Shown here piece by piece: positions 55,312 through 64,000 of a stretch of 64,000 bases of DNA; positions within the stretch are counted from its first letter, which is position 1; each line of letters begins with the position of its first letter. The DNA comes from Macrostomum hystrix. Taxonomy: Eukaryota; Animalia; Platyhelminthes. Below the pieces are notes generated by a model. The model saw only the letters and a program-made list of their open reading frames with translations. It did no database searches and was not told where the DNA came from. The position numbers and the translations under genes are program-made. The stretch spans positions 16,306,001 to 16,370,000 of the forward strand of contig CATNEN010000039.1 in the NCBI GenBank assembly GCA_950097015.1. The letters are read 5' to 3'.

Positions 55312-55427
55312 CGCTGCTTATTTGAGCTTCTCGAGAATTGAAGTGACTAGTCCTATGAGCCTAATCTGCTTGACTTTGTTTTAGATGCTTTTTTAATAGA
55401 TTTATGTAAGTTTGCTAAGTTTCCAAT

Positions 55428-55850
55428 GCCCTAGATTTCCAGAGCCCTTGACTCCGTGGACCTAGATTTCCAGGACCCTAGACTCCGTTGCCCTAGATTT
55501 CCAGGGCCCTAGACTCCGACGCCCTAGATTTCCAGGGCCCTAGACTACGATGCTCTAGATTTCCAGGGCCCTAGACTCCGTTGCCCTAGATTTCCAGGGC
55601 CCTAGACTCCGACGCCCTAGATTTCCAGGGCCCTAGACTACGATGCTCTAGATTTCCAGGGCCCTAGACTCCGTTGCCCTAGATTTCCAGGGCCCTAGAC
55701 TCCGACGCCCTAGATTTCCAGGACCATAGACTCCGACGCCCTAGATTGCCAGGGCCCTAGACTACGATGCTCTAGATTTCCAGGACCATAGACTCCGACG
55801 CCCTAGATTGCCAGGGCCCTAGACTACGATGCTCTAGATTTCCAGGACCA
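55428..55850. repeat. 31-bp minisatellite (CCCTAGATTTCCAGGGCCCTAGACTCCGACG), about 13 copies
   Basis: Direct periodicity about 120 nt after the Abi stop codon. Confidence 0.95.
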
Positions 55851-56334
55851 TTATTAAGCAAAAATACGATACTATTCACTTCAGCAAAAATAGCAGAACT
55901 GCCTGTTTTATATTTCTGATGATTGCCTTCTGATTGTTCTTAAAAAGCTTTGTTTATATGCTTCTATATGCTCTGTGCTGAATCTTTTCCACCTACGCTT
56001 CTGCTTCAGTCAATTATAGAATTTCGCTTCGCTGTTTTCAAACCCGATTATTCACCAATAATATATTGCAATGCAGCTATTTTATTATTCACTTAGGGCT
56101 TAATAGCACTTCTATTACCTATGTTATTTATATTTGTTTGTAAATAGTGAGACCAAATCGTGTTAGTCAAACCGGTTTTATTCTAGTAAATTAGTTAATC
56201 AGTTTTTTTTGCAAATGCAGCTATATAGTGACCTATCTTTATTGTTTAGTACCTGAATTTTCAAAACTACTAAGTTATTGACCTGAACTCCCTGAAGTTC
56301 GTTTTGCCTGAAGTTCCTGAAGTTGATAGTCTGT

Positions 56335-57001
56335 ATGCTGATTGACCTGAAGTTTATGGTCTCTCTGCTAATTAACCTGAAGTTTATAGCCTCTGCTGAT
56401 TGACCTGAAGTTTATGGTCTCTCTGCTGATTGACCTGAAGTTTATGGTCTCTCTGCTGATTAACCTGAAGTTTATGGTCTCTCTGCTGATTAACCTGAAG
56501 TTTATGGTCTCTCTGCTGATTAACCTGAAGTTTATGGCCTCTGCTGATTGACCTGAAGTTTATGGTCTCTCTGCTGATTAACCTGAAGTTTATGGTCTCT
56601 CTGCTGATTAACCTGAAGTTTATGGTCTCTCTGCTGATTGACCTGAAGTTTATGGTCTCTCTGCTGATTAACCTGAAGTTTATGGTCTCTCTGCTGATTA
56701 ACCTGAAGTTTATGGTCTCTCTGCTGATTAACCTGAAGTTTATGGCCTCTGCTGATTGACCTGAAGTTTATGGTCTCTCTGCTGATTAACCTGAAGTTTA
56801 TGGTCTCTCTGCTGATTAACCTGAAGTTTATGGTCTCTCTGCTGATTGACCTGAAGTTTATGGTCTCTCTGCTGATTAACCTGAAGTTTATGGTCTCTCT
56901 GCTGATTGACCTGAAGTTTATGGTCTCTCTGCTGATTGACCTGAAGTTTATGGTCTCTCTGCTGATTGACCTGAAGTTTATGGTCTCTCTGCTGATTGAC
57001 C
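56335..57001. repeat. 30-bp minisatellite (TT[A/G]ACCTGAAGTTTATGGTCTCTCTGCTGA), about 22 copies
   Basis: Direct periodicity. Confidence 0.97.
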
Positions 57002-57799
57002 AGAATTTTTCGGTCTCCGCTAAAAGTTGATGGGTGTGGCTGCTGTAATGCCCGAAGCCTATCCTACTGAAAAGCTATCGAAGTCTATCGTTAGACATCT
57101 GAACTAACTGAAGAGTTTCGGAATAACCTGGAGTTCATTAATTCCTTACTAGATTTTTAGCAAGCAAATTGCATTAGCTGTCAAATATACTTTACTAATG
57201 CACATTGTTTAGCTAGCTTTTTTCTAATTTGCGCAATTTTAATTTGTAAGCAATTTTTTACTAAAACTTTTTCTCCTAGTTCGTTTCTTAAACTTTACTT
57301 TTTGCAAACAGCTGATTATGGAGAAAAATTGATAAGTTTTGTCTTCAAGCTTTTTTAATTCATTAATTAGTCGTTTGATGTGTACATGTTTGAATCGGTG
57401 TGTGTACACGACCTATCTACTATCAGTAGAAAGGACAGCATGTTTTTAGTTTTATTTATAATTTGGCCATGTGCAATCTCTGTTTGCTAACAAAAATAGT
57501 GTTTGGACTCTCTGTAAATTAAATTTTCTTCATTTTTTATTACTAAGTCCCGGTACGTAAGTTTTGTAATTTTATTTGGCTTTTTCATATTGTCCTGTTT
57601 AGCAGAAACTTTACCGGATTGTAACTCAATTTTTCATTAATACATTTCGGTACTAAACTATTATTATGATTAAATATTAATTCCTGTATTGCTAATAAAA
57701 TTGTAAACCTTCTTTGAGAAGTACCACATATTATGTTCTTTTTTACAGCTTTATCTTAAGAAATAGGACAGGGACATCGTTTTCCTTTGATCGATCTCA

Positions 57800-59228
57800 A
57801 CCAATCTAAATCCCCCAATGTTACCTGTCTGATAATCTCACCTGTTCTAAATCCCCCACTGTTTCCTGTCTGATAATCTCACCCTGATCTAAATCTCCCA
57901 CTGTTTACTGTCTGATAATCTCACTCTAATCTAAATCTCCCACTGTTTACTGTCTGATAATCTCACTCTGATCTAAATCTCCCAGTGTTTCCTGTCTGAT
58001 AATCTCACCCAATCTAAATCTCCCACTGTTTCCTGTCTGATAATCTCACCTGTTCCTAATCTCCCACTGTTTCCTGTCTGATAATCTCACCCATTCTAAA
58101 TCCCCCACTGTTTCCTGTCTGATAATCTCACCCAATCTAAATTTCCCACTGTTTCCTGTCTGATAATCTCACCCATTCTAAATCTCCCACTGTTTCCTGT
58201 CTGATAATCTCACCCAATCTAAATTTCCCACTGTTTCCTGTCTGATAATCTCACCCATTCTAAATCTCCCACTGTTTCCTGTCTGATAATCTCACCTGTT
58301 CCTAATCTCTCACTGTTTCCTGTCTGATAATCTCACCTGTTCCTAATCTCTCACTGTTTCCTGTCTGATAATCTCACCTGTTCCTAATCTCTCACTGTTT
58401 CCTGTCTGATAATCTCACCTGTTCCTAATCTCTCACTGTTTCCTGTCTGATAATCTCACCTGTTCCTAATCTCCCACTGTTTCCTGTCTGATAATCTCAC
58501 CTGTTCCTAATCTCTCACTGTTTCCTGTCTGATAATCTCACCTGTTCCTAATCTCTCACTGTTTCCTGTCTGATAATCTCACCTGTTCCTAATCTCCCAC
58601 TGTTTCCTGTCTGATAATCTCACCTGTTCCTAATCTCTCACTGTTTCCTGTCTGATAATCTCACCTGTTCCTAATCTCCCACTGTTTCCTGTCTGATAAT
58701 CTCACCTGTTCCTAATCTCTCACTGTTTCCTGTCTGATAATCTCACCTGTTCCTAATCTCTCACTGTTTCCTGTCTGATAATCTCACCTGTTCCTAATCT
58801 CCCACTGTTTCCTGTCTGATAATCTCACCTGTTCCTAATCTCTCACTGTTTCCTGTCTGATAATCTCACCTGTTCCTAATCTCCCACTGTTTCCTGTCTG
58901 ATAATCTCACCTGTTCCTAATCTCTCACTGTTTCCTGTCTGATAATCTCACCTGTTCCTAATCTCCCACTGTTTCCTGTCTGATAATCTCACCTGTTCCT
59001 AATCTCTCACTGTTTCCTGTCTGATAATCTCACCTGTTCCTAATCTCTCACTGTTTCCTGTCTGATAATCTCACCTGTTCCTAATCTCCCACTGTTTCCT
59101 GTCTGATAATCTCACCTGTTCCTAATCTCTCACTGTTTCCTGTCTGATAATCTCACCTGTTCCTAATCTCCCACTGTTTCCTGTCTGATAATCTCACCTG
59201 TTCCTAATCTCTCACTGTTTCCTGTCTG
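57800..59228. repeat. 41-bp minisatellite (CTCACCTGTTCCTAATCTCTCACTGTTTCCTGTCTGATAAT), about 34 copies
   Basis: Direct periodicity; degenerate at the left end, homogeneous at the right. Confidence 0.97.
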
Positions 59229-59413
59229 TTAATATCACTTATTAAAAACCCCTAGTATTTTGTTTTTGATCAGCTCATACCTGCTTTCATACTTATGAAT
59301 ATAACTGTTAGACAATGTCATTTTTCAGCCAGTCTAAGCAGTGCTGGCCCAAGTCAGTATTTGAAATTAATCTAAGCCATAGGGATAACTTTCTCAGCAG
59401 CAACAGGGGCAGC

Positions 59414-62400
59414 ATGCTTTTCTACAGCACTGGCAGCGGTCGCAATTTTGTTAGACGATTTCAATCATCAACTCTTGCCTTAGCCGGAGCTGCCCCTTTA
59501 CCTGTCACTAGTGGCAAATCTAAAAATAAACTAATTCTGCCACCTCAGCAACCGCTGCAGCAGCAGCAGCAGCAGCAACAACAACAATTGCCTAGTCTTC
59601 GCGCTGTTAAGGTCACAAGCGCTATTAGGGCCTACTTAAAAAATGCCGAGAAATATGACAAATTCATTCGACTGGAGAAGGACAACTTCGAATTGGGCAA
59701 ACGTTTCTTGGCAGGCATGATGGGCGTATCGGTTGCCGACCTCACACAGGACAATATCGAGGTCTGGCCAGCTGTTTATGATTTATGTCTGATGTCAGTC
59801 AGATCTCACACTCTTTCTCATGTCAGTCAGATCTCACACTCTTTCTCATGTCAGTCAGATCTCACACTCTTTCTCATGTCAGTCAGATCTCACACTGATT
59901 CTCTCAGATCTCACACTGATTCTCTCAGATCTCACACTGATTCTCTCAGATCTCACACTGATTCTCTCAGATCTCACACTGATTCTCTCAGATCTCACAC
60001 TGATTCTCTCAGATCTCACACTGATTCTCTCAGATCTCACACTGATTCTCTCAGATCTCACACTGATTCTCTCAGATCTCACACTGATTCTCTCAGATCT
60101 CACACTGATTCTCTCAGATCTCACACTGATTCTCTCAGATCTCACACTGATTCTCTCAGATCTCACACTGATTCTCTCAGATCTCACAGCACTTATCATG
60201 CTAATAATTTCCCATAATTGCACTACAGAGAGCCATTAACTATCTGTTTCCATCGGGCCTGACTCATTTTAAAGCGAAGCCGCACATGTCTGTAAGTTTC
60301 TGTATTTTTTCAATTTATACCGTTGGTTACTTAAATGTTTCAATGAATTGAAATATTGTTTATAACAAACTGCTGCCTTAAACTTTTTTAGACTCCCGAA
60401 GATGTTTTCCCTAAAAAGAAAAGTGAGTCTCAATTTTGTTTTACTCATTTGCAGCAAATCTAGTGAGTATTCAAATTGTTAAAATAGTTTTTTTCACCAT
60501 TCAACTTCACAATTTGCAGCTTTGCAATGCGATTACACTGGTCGACCGAATCACAGCATGTTCTACATGAAACAGCCTAACTATTATCAGCTAATGAGTG
60601 TGAGTGCACAGATTGAGCAAGATTATATTGTTCATCCATCCTTTATTTCGATGAATAACTGAACGAATGGGAGAGTGACTGAAGGATTGGGAGAGTGATT
60701 AAAGGAAGGGAGTGACTGAAGGATCGTAAGAGTGACTAGGGGATTGCAAGAGACAGTAGGATTGGGATATTAATAGTTTTTGAAATAAATAAGCATTGGC
60801 ATCCCACTATGCCGCGTCAGGACATTGCCTGGAAGGTGGAGCAGTTGAAGAGGCGGGAAGACAGTCGACTACGCGCCGGGCAGTCCTTGCCGGCTCGCAG
60901 CGACTTGGAGATGGGCAATTCGCACTGGCTCAGCAAGCAGCAGTTGGAGAAGCGACTGCTTGAGTCGCTGAGCGATGCTCAGTACGGTCAAGTCATCGCC
61001 GCGCTTGAGTTTCTAGTCGCTATGCCGCTGTCTTCATTCGAGTCTGACTTCATCATGTCCTATCGAAATCTGATTGTGGCAGCCGCCTCAGAACTGCCAC
61101 TACCGGAGCTGCAGGTAATTTGGCTAAACAGCTGGGAATCCACAGTCAGGATTCTAAGACCTATTCAAGGGTTTAAGATTCTCTCACCAGTGTTAGGGCC
61201 AGATTTCTGTAGCTGTAGTTAGTTCTGCATTTCTAGTGCCATTGCTTCAGTTCACCCAGCTGTTAAATGGGTACCAGCATTAGCTGGGGTCATTAAGGGT
61301 GGGTGTGGCGTCTCTACAGTCCATGGACTAAACAGCTGTGGGCTGCACATCCCGCCATGTTGGGACAGTTGTAACCAAACATTATTAATTAATAAATTAT
61401 ATCTTGCTGACAGAAGTTCTTGGGTCAGAATTATGTAGCTGACACAAATATGCAGTTTGTTCCCTCTACACCTGTCCCCCCCAGTTTGATGAGGCCACGC
61501 AGCGGCCTTACTCTGAGTCCTATGGACAGCGGAAATGGTCAACCGCCAGCTGCCGACTCTACTCTGGCGGCACCGGTCGATTCACTGTTAACGGCGAGAG
61601 CCTGCTGGATGCCTTCCCGCTATTGGCTGACAGGGAGAATCTCGCCTCCCCATTGGTTGTTACCGGCATGCTAGGAAAGGTTAGTCCGTGTACTTTTATA
61701 CTTTACTCACAGCAGAATACTAAAGCATTAGTCTAACTGTTTTATGGCACACTATGAAATTTTGGCTTTTTAGAGGTTGTAGTCTAGTGTTTAGGGCGTC
61801 GGACTAACGACTTGAAGGTCGGGGGTTCGATTCTCAAATCCAAATTTGTGTCCTTTAGCACTTAACCCTTCATTGCTTCAGTTCACCCAGCTTTGACATG
61901 GGTACCAGCATTAGCTGGGTTAATTGGGGGTGGGTGTGGCGTCCCCCAGTCCATGGACTGAACAGCCGTACGAGCAATAGCCGCGACTGTGCTTGCGGCT
62001 GCATATCTTGCCGGTTTGTTGCATTGTAAACAATATTCAAATTGTTATATGACAAAAATGTGTCCTTGTTAACGCGTTTGCTCTCGCAACAAGGTCCCTG
62101 AGCTCGATTCCGCGGTGAGGCCACATTTATTTGGGGCGCAGCCGCTGATAGAAGGCTTGGGTTGTTGTGAAATGTGCACATCTGTACGTGCAGGTGTCAG
62201 CCTACCCTTTGTACCCCGCATCCGCCTCCATCGTCGGTGAATTCCTCAGGTGGACATTGAAGCCACGGTGACCATCTCGAATCCCGACCAGCCGGAGGGT
62301 CGCTTCTATTGTCGGTCTCGAGTCGACGACGTCGCCTACATGGCCTCGCAGGCGGGCGCCTTGCGCCTGGCGGTCGCCCGCGCCATCGCCTGCCACCTGC

Positions 62401-62525
62401 CAACCAAACAGCTGCGCGATCGGCTGCGCATGTCCGGCTTGCTAACTCCAGACATGCGCCTGCCCGAGAGGACCTACTACGGTCAGGACGGGCCGAGAGC
62501 CAAGTGGACCTGGAAGGCCCGTTGA
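59414..62525 (+). CDS. MRPS9: Mitochondrial ribosomal protein uS9m (428 aa)
   Basis: Exons 59414-59761, 60229-60291, 60392-60422, 60520-60599, 60821-61114, 61485-61679, 62250-62525 join in frame. Presequence-like N-terminus; FELGKRFLA.MMG, AINYLFPSGL, GRP.H..FY, G.RK..TA, TVNG, QAGALRLA.ARA, GLLTPD.R.PER...GQ.G.R.K.TWK.R. Confidence 0.95.
59790..60188. repeat. 29-bp then 21-bp minisatellite (CAGATCTCACACTGATTCTCT)
   Basis: Direct periodicity in MRPS9 intron 1. Confidence 0.95.
61773..61970 (+). mobile_element. tRNA-derived SINE (family B) with CORE-like domain; 5'-truncated copy at 61240-61340
   Basis: TAGTCTAGTG A-box-like, GGTTCGATTC B box, GTGTCCTTTAGCACTTAACCC...CAGTTCACCCAGCT..ATGGGTACC, CAGTCCATGGACTG. 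Confidence 0.75.
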
Positions 62526-62647
62526 TCGCTGTCAAACTTATAAAGTACCCTGTTTAGTTTTTCGTGTCTTAGTTCATAAGTGCATTTTCTATGTTGAACA
62601 TCTTTGCGAAGTTTTTTTAACTTGTTAAAATGCACAATTTGCTAGTT

Positions 62648-62755
62648 AATAAAAATAAAATAAAACAAATAAGAAAATATTTCAATAGCTTTTTTTTTAA
62701 ACATCTTACATTTGCGAACGGTAGCAAATCAATTTGTATATTTTTTTAGTTTCAG
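62648..62755 (+). promoter_or_regulatory. Poly(A) signal cluster, T-rich tract and unpaired splice acceptor (candidate intercistronic region)
   Basis: AATAAA repeats at about 62648-62664, T-run at about 62690, tttttttagtttcag| at 62755, ATG at 62761. Confidence 0.5.
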
Positions 62756-63238
62756 AAAAAATGGCTGCGGAATTCGTACATTTCTACTGACAGTAGACTA
62801 AACCGACCTTCATGTATTTCTTTTTATCTTTGTCTCTCCGTCTTTCCGTCGCGTCACCCCTCAACCCCACGCACGCTGCAACTCAGTGTTCATATGGGCT
62901 TTCTATTTTCTCAGTGTACATTTATAATGCAGTAAAAGTACAACGTGGATTCAGAAATAAGGAACTTAGATGTTTTTTGTGCCTTGTAAATGGCATTTCA
63001 AGTACAGTCACTGGTACACAACCCAGCATTTTAACAAAATGCATCTGCACCTTGGTGCGAATGATATTCTCATTGAATAACTGCGGCAGCCTAACCGAAT
63101 CCCGTGTTTCATGGAGCATTGGCGGTTGGCCGCCACGCTCATGCTTGGCTCTGTCGCGCTGAAGAATATTCAAAGCCGACTCAAGAGCGCTGACTCCGCC
63201 ACACAAATTTTCATCTTTGGTGAGCACGCGGCAACCCT

Positions 63239-63525
63239 AGTGTTGGGGTCAGAGTTCTGTAGCTGACACCAGTGTTGGGGTCAGAGTTCTGTAGCTGACA
63301 CCAGTGTTGGGGTCAGAGTTCTGTAGCTGACACCAGTGTTGGGGTCAGAGTTCTGTAGCTGACACCAGTGTTGGGGTCAGAGTTCTGTAGCTGACACCAG
63401 TGTTGGGGTCAGAGTTCTGTAGCTGACACCAGTGTTGGGGTCAGAGTTCTGTAGCTGACACCAGTGTTGGGGTCAGAGTTCTGTAGCTGACACCAGTGTT
63501 AGGGTCAGAGTTCTGTAGCTGACAT
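63239..63525. repeat. 32-bp minisatellite (AGTGTTGGGGTCAGAGTTCTGTAGCTGACACC), about 9 copies
   Basis: Direct periodicity starting about 20 nt after the donor at 63220. Confidence 0.96.
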
Positions 63526-63603
63526 ACTTCCAAACTTGAAGAATGTTTTAAGACGGTACTGTAGACACGAGTTCTCATGCAAACCCACTGCAATATTGCA
63601 CAG

Positions 63604-63940
63604 GCTGCATTTTACTGATTCTGTCGGCATCCACCAAACAGCGGATGATGCGTTACAAGGACCGACTGTCCAGCTTCACGGCCAAGCAGTCTGAACTCGC
63701 GTTCTCCGACTTCTGTGCGGATGAGCATGCCACGGCAGGCTTCTACCAAGATGACAATGAGCTGCACTGCTTCCACTGCTCGGCGAAGCTGCCACAAAAG
63801 TTCTCAGCTGTTGATCAACCAGATCCACTGGAAAGGCATCGTGAGCAGAGTCCGCGCTGCTACCTGCAGAAGCTGCTGAGATTGGTTGCATCCCGCGAAG
63901 ATGCCGAACTGCTTGCTGAAGTGGCCTCCGACTCAGTCAG
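63604..63940 (+). CDS. BIR-domain (IAP family) protein exon; gene is partial and probably continues beyond the window
   Basis: RLSSF...A.AGFY....LHCFHC...DPLERH...SPRC has the BIR CCHC pattern; donor cag|gtgtga at 63940. Probable upstream exons at 63090-63219 and 62761-62775 are uncertain. Confidence 0.85.
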
Positions 63941-64000
63941 GTGTGACGACTCTCTGAAGTTTGAAGCGTAAATTATAATCCGAATTGTCAAATAGGAGGC

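Overview
This is eukaryotic (invertebrate animal) genomic DNA with GC-rich spliced exons in AT-rich introns full of minisatellites. The style suggests a free-living flatworm such as Macrostomum, but that is an inference and was not checked. Hand-splicing gives eight loci, all on the + strand: AP-1 sigma subunit (two alternative last exons), an ankyrin + 6TM TRP channel (14 exons, one GC-AG intron), glycogenin with a 383-aa linker exon, a frameshifted PAN/C-type lectin gene, a shugoshin-like gene, Abi, MRPS9 and a partial BIR-domain gene. Between them lie about 15 minisatellite arrays, tRNA-derived SINEs, a non-autonomous Helitron, two CCATAGTC-terminated TIR elements with 8-bp TSDs, LINE RT/RNase H remnants and a hAT-Buster transposase relic. 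The strongest leads are: (1) a near-identical 1.1-kb tandem duplication that copies the shugoshin-like exon-2 acceptor and fuses it to TAA plus an AATAAA array, predicting a coiled-coil-only isoform; (2) operon-like, trans-splice-type organisation, including a first exon with no ATG that would be in frame with a spliced-leader AUG; (3) minisatellites repeatedly starting just behind splice donors; (4) a skippable glycogenin linker exon. No CRISPR array, rRNA or convincing tRNA gene was seen. Gene models were built by eye without homology searches.
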